Source: Dehalococcoidia bacterium (GTDB lineage Bacteria; Chloroflexota; Dehalococcoidia; DSTF01; JACRBR01). From it: 64,000 nt of DNA. The DNA is taken from the NCBI GenBank assembly GCA_041494685.1, contig JBGQBE010000012.1:1-64000 (forward strand), given 5' to 3'. This document shows, in pieces, positions 1 to 9,239 of the stretch; position 1 is the first letter of the stretch, and each line of letters opens with the position of its first letter. The notes under the pieces are model-generated. The model was not told the DNA's origin. It saw nothing but the letters and a program-made list of their open reading frames with translations, and ran no database searches. The position numbers were made by a program, and so were the translations under genes.

Positions 1-22
1 CCGGGATCCGCCTGGGTGCCGG

Positions 23-511
23 TTACGGCGTGACCGAGCCGAAGGCGCCGTCCGGCGTCCACGGGAAGGGGCCGTGGCCGTTCGCCGTGAACGTGCCGTC
101 GCCCTTCAGGAAGGCCCAGCCGCGCCCCGCCACGCGCAGATCGATGTCCTGGCCCAGGACGATGACCGCCGCGTCGCGCGCGACCACGGTCGCGTGGCCG
201 TCGAAGCCGAAGTACACGGTGAAGCCGCGCCACTGCACCGTCTGGCCGTTGCCGTCAACGTGCACGACGGCATCGTGGTCCAGGTCCCGGACCAGCAGGA
301 TGCCGTGCGAGGCCGATACGCTCAGGTCCATCGCGCCCTTCACCGCCGCGATGCCGCTGCCCTGAGCGTCGAGGACGCCCGTGCCGCCGATGATCGTGCG
401 CGCGCCCGGCGTCGGCGTCGGCTCTGCCGCGGAGGCCGCGGGGGCGAGGGCGGCGAACGCCATGGCGCCGATGCCGAGGACGGTGGCCGCGATCGAAAGC
501 TTCTTCAACAT
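23..511 (-). CDS. hypothetical secreted protein
   Basis: 162-aa ORF with Sec-type signal peptide (MLKKLSIAA...ASA), Pro/Thr linker, beta-rich body; AAGGAG RBS upstream. Confidence 0.75.
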   Translation of the reverse strand: MLKKLSIAATVLGIGAMAFAALAPAASAAEPTPTPGARTIIGGTGVLDAQGSGIAAVKGAMDLSVSASHGILLVRDLDHDAVVHVDGNGQTVQWRGFTVYFGFDGHATVVARDAAVIVLGQDIDLRVAGRGWAFLKGDGTFTANGHGPFPWTPDGAFGSVTP

Positions 512-758
512 TGGTCTGCTCCTTGTTCTGTCTGCGCCCGCCGTGGGGCGGGTGAACGTCCGTCTGATGCCTCTACTATCGTGCGCAGGGGCGGCGGTGT
601 TGTTATCGGGGCGTCGCGGTACCGGAAACTCTCCGTAAAGCCTGCGTAAGGCGGTCAGCCTGCGAATCTGGCGGCGTCAAGACGGCGGCTCGGGGCGCGA
701 GACAAGATGCGGGAGATCACTGATGGCCGCCACGCGGCGGCGGCGGCACAATCGCCGC

Positions 759-929
759 ATGATGAACAAGCAAGCAGACACGAACACGGCGGCAAGTCAG
801 CAGCGCAAAGGCGCCGGCATCGCCGAACTGCGGTCGCAGATCGATCAGCGCGATGAGACGATCCGCCTGCTCAACGAGGCGTTGTCCCGGGCGCTGGATG
901 AGCTGACGGAGCTGGACCGTGCGGCGTAA
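759..929 (+). CDS. small coiled-coil hypothetical protein
   Basis: MMNKQADT...IAELRSQIDQRDETIRLLNEALSRALDELTEL heptad pattern; CACAAT 6 nt before ATG 759 suggests a leaderless start. Confidence 0.6.
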   Translation: MMNKQADTNTAASQQRKGAGIAELRSQIDQRDETIRLLNEALSRALDELTELDRAA

Positions 930-2138
930 TCACGGCACCGGCTGGAACTGGCCGTTCGTGACGCGGTAGATCGTCAGGCCCAGCGCCGACGGCGTGTCGC
1001 CTTTGCGGTCGCCATCGTCGCCGAACTGGATCGGTCCCGTCAGCCCCGCGAAGGATTGCGAGCGCAGTGCATCCGCCAGCTTCACCCGGTCGATGACCAG
1101 CGAGCCGTCGGCGTTCTGCGTCGCCACGGTGTTCAGCGCCGCCAGCAGCACGGCGACGGCGTCGTGGGCCTGGAGCACGAACGTCGTGGCGGGCGCGCGA
1201 TGGAAGTTGTCGCGGAATCGTGATACGAACGCGTCGTCGGGGCTGGCGCCGCCCGTGAGGACGGCGCCTTCCGCGGCGGGCCCGCCTGCCGCCACGAAGT
1301 CGCGCTGGCTCATCACGCCGTCGGGCGCCATGAACGTGCCCGCGTAGCCGGCATCGTGCAGGGCCCTCGCCAGCAGCACGCCCTCCGGGTTCAATCCCTC
1401 GAACACCAGCACATCCGGCGCGGCGCTTTTCACCTGCCGCGCCAGCGTTCCGAAGTCGACTTGCCCGCGGTCGATGCGCTCGCGGGACGAGACGCGGCCT
1501 CCCATGCTCTCGAACGCCGCGACGAACGCATCCCCGAGCGCCTTGCCGTACGGCTGCGCGTCGTCGACGACGATTGCCGTCGTGGCTCTGAGGCTTTGAA
1601 AGGCGTACGTGGCCTGCACCCGTGCCTGGAAGTCATCGCGCCAGGCGGTGCGGAAGAAGAAGCGATCGTCCGGCGACGCAAGGTCGATGCGGGTCGCCGA
1701 CGGTGAGATATGCACGGTCTGGGCCTGCGCATAGACGCCGTTCGCCGCCTGCGCCCCGGTCGTGCACATCGGTCCGATGACGCCCACCAGCGTGCCGTCC
1801 TGCACGAATGCGTGCGCTACGGCCGCCGCCTTCTCGGCGTCGGCGCAGCCGTCGTCCTTGCGCGAGATCTGGAGCGGGTGTCCCTTGACCGTGCGCCCGG
1901 CGTCGATGACAGCCAGCTCCGCCGCGTCGGCGATGTCGCCGCCGAGGGCCGACTGGTCGCCCGCAAGCGCCGCCGACACGCCGATCGTCACAGGCTGTCC
2001 GGCGGCGATCGCGATCCGAGGCTCGGGCGTGGCGACGGAGGTCGGTGCAGGCGTCTTCGTGCCACTGCCGCCGCCGCCGCACGCGGCGAGGGCGATGGCG
2101 GCGACCAGCGCCGCGAGCCACGCGGAGATTCTTGGCAT
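930..2138 (-). CDS. branched-chain amino acid ABC transporter substrate-binding lipoprotein (LivK/LivJ family)
   Basis: Lipobox LAAC; motifs DDGC, GVIGPMCT, ISPSAT, FFRT, YGKAL, GLTGPIQFGDDGDR; start moved to MPRISAW. Confidence 0.9.
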   Translation of the reverse strand: MPRISAWLAALVAAIALAACGGGGSGTKTPAPTSVATPEPRIAIAAGQPVTIGVSAALAGDQSALGGDIADAAELAVIDAGRTVKGHPLQISRKDDGCADAEKAAAVAHAFVQDGTLVGVIGPMCTTGAQAANGVYAQAQTVHISPSATRIDLASPDDRFFFRTAWRDDFQARVQATYAFQSLRATTAIVVDDAQPYGKALGDAFVAAFESMGGRVSSRERIDRGQVDFGTLARQVKSAAPDVLVFEGLNPEGVLLARALHDAGYAGTFMAPDGVMSQRDFVAAGGPAAEGAVLTGGASPDDAFVSRFRDNFHRAPATTFVLQAHDAVAVLLAALNTVATQNADGSLVIDRVKLADALRSQSFAGLTGPIQFGDDGDRKGDTPSALGLTIYRVTNGQFQPVP

Positions 2139-2237
2139 GAGACCTCGTGCGCGCGGCCGGAGACGGGAGGCAGCGCCGCGCGTATTATGTCCCTGGACGG
2201 GCGAAGCCGCCACTACGGCGCCCGCTGGGAGTCTATC

Positions 2238-2624
2238 GTGCCGATCGAAAAAGCCTTCGCCATGCACGCGACGCCGGAGGCGATCTTCGAAGCGCTCGAT
2301 CGCGATCTGCGCGATGCGTCAGCCCACGCCGGCCGCACCTTCGAAGTGCTGCGCCGCGATCCGCCGCGTACGATCGACCTGCGCGTCACGATCGGCGGCA
2401 TGTCGTGCTGGCTGACCTACGAGCTGGAGCGGAAGCCGGAGCACACGGAGGTGACGGCGCGGCTGACGCCGTTCGGCTGGCGCTACCTCGCGTTCAAGAT
2501 CGTCACGCTGGGCCTGCGCAACGACGGCTTCGAGATCCCGCTGGTGGAAGGGCTCGCGAACCTCAAGGCCGAAGTGGAAGGCCGCCCGCGCGAGCGCGAG
2601 GATGCCGCGCCGGACGAACGTTGA
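2238..2624 (+). CDS. SRPBCC/START-like small protein
   Basis: C-terminal part of ORF 1710..2624: ATPEAIFEAL ... GLANLKAEVE typical of SRPBCC; GGGAG RBS before GTG 2238. Confidence 0.65.
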   Translation: MPIEKAFAMHATPEAIFEALDRDLRDASAHAGRTFEVLRRDPPRTIDLRVTIGGMSCWLTYELERKPEHTEVTARLTPFGWRYLAFKIVTLGLRNDGFEIPLVEGLANLKAEVEGRPREREDAAPDER

Positions 2625-2654
2625 CGGCGCGGCCGGCGACGCCGCTCTCTGACG

Positions 2655-3758
2655 CTACGCGCGCGGTACCAGCGAGAGGTGTTCCGCCGTCAGGCCGATG
2701 CGCCAGTCGCGGCGCGACGCGATGCCCAGCACTTCGTACGGGTGCGCCGGCATGTCTACTTCGAAGATGTACGGCTCGCCCAGGTCGGCGTCCGCCGGCT
2801 GCGCGCGCATGTAGAGGCGGTGCGTATTGCCCATCGGCACTTCCTCCACGATCTCCGTGTCGATGACGACGTTCCCGCCGTCGCGGCGCGAGCGGTCGGT
2901 GCGCTCGACGATGATGTGCTCCGGACGGATGCAGACGTAGACGTCGCCGCGCACGGGCGCCTCCGGGTCGCGCACGCGCGCCGTGAACCACGGCGTGCGC
3001 ACCACCGCCACGCCTTCGGCGTAGGCGTCGATGGCGCCCGGAATGATGTTTCGCACCTCCAGCAGCTCCGCCACGCGGCGGCTGCGCGGGCGGCGCAGCA
3101 CGTCGTCGCGCGGACCGTGCTGCAGCACCTCGCCGGCGTCGTACACCGCGATGCGGTCGCCCAGCGCGTACGCCTCGCCCAGGTCATGGGTGACGAAGAG
3201 CGCCGTCAGGTCCAGGCGGCGGCGCACCGCCGCTACCTCGCGTCGCAGCATCGCGCGCAGCGGCGCTTCCAGCGCCGAGAACGGTTCGTCCAGCAGCAGC
3301 AGCGATGGCTCCGCCGCCAGCGCGCGCGCCAGTGCGACGCGCTGCTGCTGGCCGCCTGACATCTGGCGCGGCCGGCGATCCTCCAGCCCGTCCAGCCCGA
3401 GCAGGGCGACCAGGTGCGCCGCCCGCGCGCGCCGGCGCGTGGCCGGCCAGCCCGCAATGCCGAACTCGATGTTCTGCCTCGCCGTCATGTGCGGGAAGAG
3501 CGCCAGCTCCTGCACGACGTAGCCGACGCTGCGCCGCTGCGGCGGCAAGTCCGTGCGCGTCGCCGCGTCGAACGCCACCGCTCCGCCGGGCAGCTCGATG
3601 CGGCCGGCGTCCGGGCGCAGCAGCCCGGCGACGGCCTGCAGCGTCATCGACTTGCCGCAGCCCGACGGCCCGAACAGCACGACCAGCTCGTTGCCGGCTT
3701 CGAACTTCGGCCGCAGGTGGAAGTCGCCCACACGCTTGTCGATGTCGATCCGCAGCAT
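2655..3758 (-). CDS. modC: molybdate ABC transporter ATP-binding protein
   Basis: Walker A GPSGCGKS, signature MSGGQQQR, LLLDEPF, VTHD, C-terminal TOBE-like region; operon with modAB. Confidence 0.9.
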   Translation of the reverse strand: MLRIDIDKRVGDFHLRPKFEAGNELVVLFGPSGCGKSMTLQAVAGLLRPDAGRIELPGGAVAFDAATRTDLPPQRRSVGYVVQELALFPHMTARQNIEFGIAGWPATRRRARAAHLVALLGLDGLEDRRPRQMSGGQQQRVALARALAAEPSLLLLDEPFSALEAPLRAMLRREVAAVRRRLDLTALFVTHDLGEAYALGDRIAVYDAGEVLQHGPRDDVLRRPRSRRVAELLEVRNIIPGAIDAYAEGVAVVRTPWFTARVRDPEAPVRGDVYVCIRPEHIIVERTDRSRRDGGNVVIDTEIVEEVPMGNTHRLYMRAQPADADLGEPYIFEVDMPAHPYEVLGIASRRDWRIGLTAEHLSLVPRA

Positions 3759-3762
3759 CGCG

Positions 3763-4605
3763 TTACACCCGCATCGCCGCGCCGCGGGCGACGAGCCGTA
3801 GCAGCAGCAGCAGCGCCGCCGCGGCCGCGACGAGGATGACGGAGATCGCGATCGGCACGTCGATCGACGCGCCGGACTCGAAGGCACTGATGATCGCCAG
3901 CGGCATCGTCTGCGTGTCGCCGCGCAGGTTGCCCGCGAAGATCAGCGTCGCGCCCAGCTCGCTCAGCGCGCGCGCCCAGCAGAGGATCGCGCCGGCCACC
4001 AGCGACGGCCACGCCAGCGGCAGCGTCACGCGCACGAAGGTGCGCAGCGGCGACGCGCCCAGCGTGGAGGCGACGCCCTCGTACACCGGCTCGATGCTTT
4101 CGAACCCGGCCTTGGCCGTGCGGATGTAGAACGGCGCCGAGACGAAGAGCTGCGCGAGCACGACGGCCGCCGTCGTGAAGGCGATGTCGTAGCCCGCGGC
4201 GTCGAGGTGCTGCCCGATGACGCCGCGGCGTCCCAACGCCACGAGCAGCGCGACGCCGGCGACCGTCGGCGGCAGCACGATCGGCAGGTCCAGCAGCAGG
4301 TCGACGATCATCTTGCCGGGAAAGTCGCGCCGCGCCAGCAGGTACGCCAGCGGCGTGCCCACCATCACCGCCACCAGCAGCGTCACGGTGCTCGTGATCG
4401 CGCTGAGCCGCAGCGAGTCCAGCACCAGCGACGACGTGATGTTATTACCCAGTTCACCGCTGTTGCCGGCTCGCCAGACCAGCGCCGCCAGTGGCACGCC
4501 GAGGAAGGCGACGAACAGGAGCGCCGGCGGGCCGAAGAGCCAGTCGAGCCGAGCGCGCCTCGCGACGCCGGGTCGGTCGGCTGGCGGTGCTGCCGTCACG
4601 GTCAT
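3763..4605 (-). CDS. modB: molybdate ABC transporter permease
   Basis: DLPIVLPPTVAG, ARALSELGAT, TQTMPLAI motifs. Confidence 0.93.
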   Translation of the reverse strand: MTVTAAPPADRPGVARRARLDWLFGPPALLFVAFLGVPLAALVWRAGNSGELGNNITSSLVLDSLRLSAITSTVTLLVAVMVGTPLAYLLARRDFPGKMIVDLLLDLPIVLPPTVAGVALLVALGRRGVIGQHLDAAGYDIAFTTAAVVLAQLFVSAPFYIRTAKAGFESIEPVYEGVASTLGASPLRTFVRVTLPLAWPSLVAGAILCWARALSELGATLIFAGNLRGDTQTMPLAIISAFESGASIDVPIAISVILVAAAAALLLLLRLVARGAAMRV

Positions 4606-5420
4606 GGCGCTCCCACGAACCCGCTCTTCTGCAGGATCGCCTGCCCGTCCGCCGAGCGCAGGAAGTCGACGAACGCCTGCGCCAGCGCCGGGGCCGCCGC
4701 GTTCTTCGTCACGGCGGCCGGGTAGCTGGCGGTCACATTGTACGCGTCCGGGATCGTGATGGCGGTGACGTCGCCCGCTACGCCCGCGGTCACGTCTGTC
4801 GCGTAGACGACGCCGGCGTCGGCCTCGCCGAGTTGGATCTTGCCGACGACGGCCTTGACGTTCGCCTCATCGGAGACGAGGTTCGCCAGCACCTTCGCGT
4901 CGAACCCCGCGCCGTACGACGCGTCGGCCGCCATGTTGGCGAAGATCTTGCGTGCGTACGCGCCCGCCGGCACGCCGTTCTGCGCCAGCACCAGCTTCAG
5001 GCCGGGCTTCGCGAGGTCCGCCGGCGTGGCGATGCCGCCGGGATTCGACCTCGGCACGATGACCACGAGCCGGTTCCTGGCGAAGATCCGTACCGGCTCG
5101 GAGACTAGCGCCGCGTCCGTCGCGGTCTTCATGTTCTTCTCGTCCGCGGTTGCGAGCACGTCCGCCGGCGCCCCCTGGTCGATCTGCGTGACGAGGGTCG
5201 GGCTTCCGCCGAAGTTGAATTTGACGGTGACGCCCGGGTGCGCCTTCTGGAACGCCGTGGCTTCCTGATTGAAGGCGTCGGTGAGCGACGAGGCGGCGAA
5301 GACGGTGATGGTCCCGGCGCCGGTCCTCAAGGACGACGACGTGCCGCCACGGCCGCAGCCGGTGAGGGCCAGCGCAAACACCGTCGCGAGCGCGAGCAGC
5401 GGGTAGCGGGTGTAGGCCAT
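4602..5420 (-). CDS. modA: molybdate ABC transporter substrate-binding lipoprotein
   Basis: Lipobox LTGC; VFAASSLTDAF, QIDQGAPADV, VPAGAYA, GEADAGVVYATD; GGAGGAG RBS before ATG 5420. Confidence 0.93.
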   Translation of the reverse strand: MAYTRYPLLALATVFALALTGCGRGGTSSSLRTGAGTITVFAASSLTDAFNQEATAFQKAHPGVTVKFNFGGSPTLVTQIDQGAPADVLATADEKNMKTATDAALVSEPVRIFARNRLVVIVPRSNPGGIATPADLAKPGLKLVLAQNGVPAGAYARKIFANMAADASYGAGFDAKVLANLVSDEANVKAVVGKIQLGEADAGVVYATDVTAGVAGDVTAITIPDAYNVTASYPAAVTKNAAAPALAQAFVDFLRSADGQAILQKSGFVGAP

Positions 5421-5457
5421 GTGCTCCTCCGACCTCACGGCCGCCTGCGTGTAGGGA

Positions 5458-6153
5458 TCAGCCGCCGGCGCGGCGCGCCAGCTCCATGCGGACGAAGGGG
5501 TTGCGCTGCCGCTCCTGGCCGATCGTGGTCTGTCCCATGTGGCCCGGCAGCACGATCGTCTCGTCCGGCAGCACCAGCAGGCGGTCGACGATGCTCGCCA
5601 TCTCCTCGTCCTGGTCGCCGCCGGGGAGGTCCGTCCGGCCCACGGAGCCCTGGAACAACGTGTCGCCCGCGAAGAGGATGCCGTTGGCGTAGAAGCAGAC
5701 GCTGCCACGCGTGTGGCCGGGCGTGTAGAGCACCCGAACCTTGAGCCCGTCCACGTCGATCTCGTCGCTGTCTTCGAGGAACGCGTCCGGGTCGGGCGGG
5801 TCCGGCAGATCGAGCCCCATCAAGCTCTTCGCGTACGCGGCCGTGCTGCGCGCGAGTTCCAGGTCGCCCCGGTGCAGCAGGAACTTCGCACCCGTCGCCT
5901 CGCGCACCGCGCCCACGCCGAGGATGTGGTCGATGTGCGCGTGGCTGTTGGCGATGTACTTGATGCGCACGCCCATGTCCCGCGCCATCGCCAGGATCTC
6001 GTCCGGCTCGTCGCCGGGGTCGACGCAGATCGCCTCGCCGGTGCGGCGGTTGCCGATCACCCAGCAGTTCTCTTGGAACGCGCCCACGACGATGCCGTGC
6101 ACGATCACTTCGCTGACGGCCGGATCGTCGACCGGGGGCCCGGATTCGCTCAT
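5458..6153 (-). CDS. MBL-fold metallo-hydrolase (glyoxalase II-like)
   Basis: SHAHIDH, TPGHTRG, GDTLF, GRTDLPGG, LPGHMG motifs. Confidence 0.9.
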   Translation of the reverse strand: MSESGPPVDDPAVSEVIVHGIVVGAFQENCWVIGNRRTGEAICVDPGDEPDEILAMARDMGVRIKYIANSHAHIDHILGVGAVREATGAKFLLHRGDLELARSTAAYAKSLMGLDLPDPPDPDAFLEDSDEIDVDGLKVRVLYTPGHTRGSVCFYANGILFAGDTLFQGSVGRTDLPGGDQDEEMASIVDRLLVLPDETIVLPGHMGQTTIGQERQRNPFVRMELARRAGG

Positions 6154-6352
6154 ACTTGCACTATACGGTGCCGCGCCGGTCCCGATCGAGCGATCCGCGG
6201 GTGCACGCGGCGCGTAGATGTACGGGGTGCCCCGGCTGGCGCGGGCCACCCGGGTGACCGATGGTTCATGAGCCACATATCTCTTGTGTTGCGATCTGCG
6301 AGACAATACAATCTCCCGACATCCACAACTCGACGCCAATTCCAGAGGATCC

Positions 6353-7189
6353 ATGACGTACCAGGCTGAAGATAAGACTCGTGTCAAGCGGGTGCGGGCG
6401 GAGCAGGCGATCCAGTTCGCCATGCAGAGCCGATGGGACGACGCCATCACGGCGAACCGCGCAATCATCGCGATGTTCCCGGACGAGCCGGAGGCGTACA
6501 ACCGCCTCGGCAAGGCGCTGAGCGAGACGGGCAAGATCAAGGAGGCCCGCGAGGCCTACCAGAAGGCGCTTGAGCTGGAGCCGACGAACAACATCGCGCG
6601 CAAGAACCTGGAGCGGCTCGCCAGCGCCAAGGCCAAGGCCGAGCCCGACAAGGCGCAGCAGGTGGACGCCAGCCTCTTCATCGAGGAGATGGGGAAGACC
6701 GGCGTCACCACGCTGAAGCCGGCGAACCTCAAGGTCCTGCCGACGCTTTCGGCCGGTGACGAGGTCGCACTCAAGCAGATCGGCTCCCGCCTCACGGTCG
6801 AGACGATGGCGGGCGAGTACATCAGCGACGTCGAGCCCAAGCTCGCGCTGCGGCTGGCCAAGCTCATCGCCGGCGGCAACAAGTACGCCGCCGCCGTCAC
6901 CGGGAGGACCTCGGACACCGTCCGCGTCATCATCAAGGAGACGTTCCAGCACCCGACGCAGGCGGGACGGCTCTCGTTCCCCGCCGGCAAGGCCGGCGAC
7001 GTCGTGCGCCCGTACACCAAGGAGAGCATGGTCCGTTCCGACATGGAGGACGAGGACGAATCGTCGGACGACACGGACGAATGGGAAGACACCGACACCG
7101 AAGCGGAGCCCGACGCCGAGCCGCGTGAAGTCACGCTCTTCGACGCCGCGCGCGACGAGGACGCCGACGAAGTCGAGTTCGACGAGTAG
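6353..7189 (+). CDS. TPR-repeat protein with HIRAN-like C-terminal domain and acidic tail
   Basis: TPR motif EAYNRLGKAL...YQKALELEPTNNIA; strong coding bias; GAGG RBS. Confidence 0.8.
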   Translation: MTYQAEDKTRVKRVRAEQAIQFAMQSRWDDAITANRAIIAMFPDEPEAYNRLGKALSETGKIKEAREAYQKALELEPTNNIARKNLERLASAKAKAEPDKAQQVDASLFIEEMGKTGVTTLKPANLKVLPTLSAGDEVALKQIGSRLTVETMAGEYISDVEPKLALRLAKLIAGGNKYAAAVTGRTSDTVRVIIKETFQHPTQAGRLSFPAGKAGDVVRPYTKESMVRSDMEDEDESSDDTDEWEDTDTEAEPDAEPREVTLFDAARDEDADEVEFDE

Positions 7190-7218
7190 CGGCGGGCGAC
7201 GCGAACGCGAGACACACG

Positions 7219-7250
7219 ACGGGGCGGCGAAGGCTGCCCCGTTCCGTTTC
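7219..7250 (+). terminator. intrinsic terminator-like hairpin
   Basis: ACGGGGCGGC-GAAG-GCTGCCCCGT followed by TCCGTTTC, 30 nt after the TPR gene stop. Confidence 0.55.
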
Positions 7251-7317
7251 GCGCGACGCCGGGCGAGCGTGTTAGTCTCTGGTTCGACGCGAGATCTCAG
7301 TCCACGGGAGTTGCAGC

Positions 7318-8046
7318 ATGGCGGATGGGCCGCGCATCGGCGTGACGCGCTGGGAAGACGTGCCGGATGAAGCGCGCGAGCGCTACTGGTCGCGCGTGCG
7401 CGAGGCCGGCGGCACGGTCGTCCACCTCGATGAGGCCGCCGCCGGGCGCGTTGCCGAGCTGGCGCCCGGCCTTGAGGCGCTCGTCCTGACCGGCGGCATC
7501 GACGTCGATCCCGGCGCCTACGGCGCCGAGCGCCACGAGAAGACGAAAGAGACGGCCGCGGGGCGGGACGCGATGGAGCTTGCGTACCTGGAGGCGGCCC
7601 TGGCGCGCGACATCCCGGTCCTGGCGATCTGCCGGGGCCACCAGCTCCTCAACGTCGGCTTCGGCGGCACGCTGCTCCAGCACATCGACAGCGGCGAGCA
7701 CCGAGCCGACTACCGCGCGCCGGGCTACCCGTCGCGCTGGCACGGCGTGCGCCTGCTGCCGGACACGCGCCTCGCCGCGGCGTTCGGTGCCACGGAGTTC
7801 GAGATCAATTCGCGCCATCACCAGGCGGTGCGGCCGCGCGACCTCGCGGCCGGGCTGCGGCCAATCGCGTTTGCGGACGATCACGGCGGCGAGCTGATCG
7901 AGGCGGCGGAGAGCGAGCGGCACCGCTGGGTCGTCAGCGTGCAGTGGCACCCGGAGCGGCTGGAAGAGCACAAGCCCGACTTCGCGCCGCTGATGCGGCG
8001 GCTGTTCGAGGCGTTCGTGCGGCAGGCGCAGCGCTCTCGGGCGTAG
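7318..8046 (+). CDS. gamma-glutamyl-gamma-aminobutyrate hydrolase family (peptidase C26, class I GATase)
   Basis: LTGGIDVDP, AICRGHQLLNV, NSRHHQAV, VQWHPE. Confidence 0.9.
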   Translation: MADGPRIGVTRWEDVPDEARERYWSRVREAGGTVVHLDEAAAGRVAELAPGLEALVLTGGIDVDPGAYGAERHEKTKETAAGRDAMELAYLEAALARDIPVLAICRGHQLLNVGFGGTLLQHIDSGEHRADYRAPGYPSRWHGVRLLPDTRLAAAFGATEFEINSRHHQAVRPRDLAAGLRPIAFADDHGGELIEAAESERHRWVVSVQWHPERLEEHKPDFAPLMRRLFEAFVRQAQRSRA

Positions 8047-8053
8047 CCGCGCC

Positions 8054-8464
8054 TCAGCGCGGCGACGCCACGATGCGGAACGGCACGGAGCGCGCGAGCG
8101 CGCCGTCGAGCGATAGCTCCGCAATGGCCTCGCACGCATTCTCGATGCGGATCGCCAGGTTCACGGTGAGCATGACGCGCTGCGTCGTGCCGGGCGGCAG
8201 GCCGGTCGGGCGCCCCTGCTCGAACTCGCCCTGTACGTCGCCGAACGTCGTGCCGTCCTCGGTGTGGACGTGGATGCGGAAGTGGTGGCGTGCGTTCGTC
8301 TCCATCCACGGCACCAGGATGCCGGCGGCGACGGCCATCTGGTGCGTGGCGGGGAACTCCTTCGCCCACACCTGCGACCAGCCGCCGCCCAGCATGTAGA
8401 GCTTCTCGCCCTGCACCTGCGCGGCGTCGGCCAGGATCAGGAAATCGGCTGCAATATCGCTCAC
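8054..8464 (-). CDS. DUF6941-like hypothetical protein
   Basis: LILADAAQVQGEKLYMLGGGW motif, beta-sandwich pattern; GAGG RBS before GTG. Confidence 0.7.
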   Translation of the reverse strand: MSDIAADFLILADAAQVQGEKLYMLGGGWSQVWAKEFPATHQMAVAAGILVPWMETNARHHFRIHVHTEDGTTFGDVQGEFEQGRPTGLPPGTTQRVMLTVNLAIRIENACEAIAELSLDGALARSVPFRIVASPR

Positions 8465-8487
8465 GATAGCCTCGATTGCTTGCTTGC

Positions 8488-8508
8488 AGTGTATACAATG
8501 TATACACT
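8488..8508. promoter_or_regulatory. perfect palindromic operator between divergent DUF6941-like gene and TA pair
   Basis: AGTGTATACA-A-TGTATACACT, 10-bp perfect inverted repeat overlapping a TACAAT -10-like hexamer. Confidence 0.7.
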
Positions 8509-8550
8509 TCCGCCGATACTCTAGCGGGAGGCGCCCGGGCCTGTCAACTC

Positions 8551-8856
8551 GTGCTTGAGCCGCTTGGTCCGATCGATGTCCACGGATTCGACTTCGACGC
8601 CGCGAATATTGAACACCTCGCCCGGCACGGCATCGATCCGAACGACGTGTGGGACGTATGGGGTGACGCGCCCGTCTTCTGCGAGCGCGTACCGGCCGAA
8701 GGCGAGGCGTCCTCCGTGATGATCGGAGAGGTGGCGCGGGGCGAGATGTGGACGATCGTGATCTGGCTTGCGGACGACGAGCGCTGGATCTGGCGGCCGA
8801 TTACCGGCTGGCCCAGCACACCGAGAGAGGCGAGGGCATGGCGAGGCGACACCTGA
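8551..8856 (+). CDS. BrnT-like (RelE-fold) type II toxin
   Basis: FDFDAANIEHLARHGI and WRPITGW resemble BrnT-type toxins; overlaps downstream RHH gene; start uncertain. Confidence 0.65.
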   Translation: MLEPLGPIDVHGFDFDAANIEHLARHGIDPNDVWDVWGDAPVFCERVPAEGEASSVMIGEVARGEMWTIVIWLADDERWIWRPITGWPSTPREARAWRGDT

Positions 8857-9239
8857 CACCCGACGAAGAAGCGCGCATGGCCGCCGAAGCCGAAGGCCAG
8901 CGCGATAGCGCCGACGCGTGGCGGCTCGACCGCCCGCGGCAGGTCAACCGCGGCATGGGTACGAGCGCGGTGCTCTCCGTGCGTGTGCCCGCGTTCCAAC
9001 TGCACGCGCTTCGCAAGATCGCTGCGCGCAAGAAGCTGACGCTCTCGGACGCGCTCAAGGACGCGATCGCCGGCTACCTGGCCCGTCCTGGCTCGCCCAT
9101 CTCGTCGAACTTCGACCGCGCGAACCTGTACCTGATGGAGCCGCCGGTGCCGGAGACGAGCCAGCCCGGCGTTGCGGAAGTGCGCGATCGTGCGGCGGAG
9201 TTCATCCGCCCCGATTTCGGCGATACGCTTACGGCGTGA
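8838..9239 (+). CDS. ribbon-helix-helix (CopG-like) antitoxin
   Basis: VLSVRVPAFQLHALRKIAARKKLTLSDALKDAIAGYL is an RHH pattern; GAGG RBS; overlaps the toxin 3' end. Confidence 0.7.
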   Translation: MARRHLTPDEEARMAAEAEGQRDSADAWRLDRPRQVNRGMGTSAVLSVRVPAFQLHALRKIAARKKLTLSDALKDAIAGYLARPGSPISSNFDRANLYLMEPPVPETSQPGVAEVRDRAAEFIRPDFGDTLTA

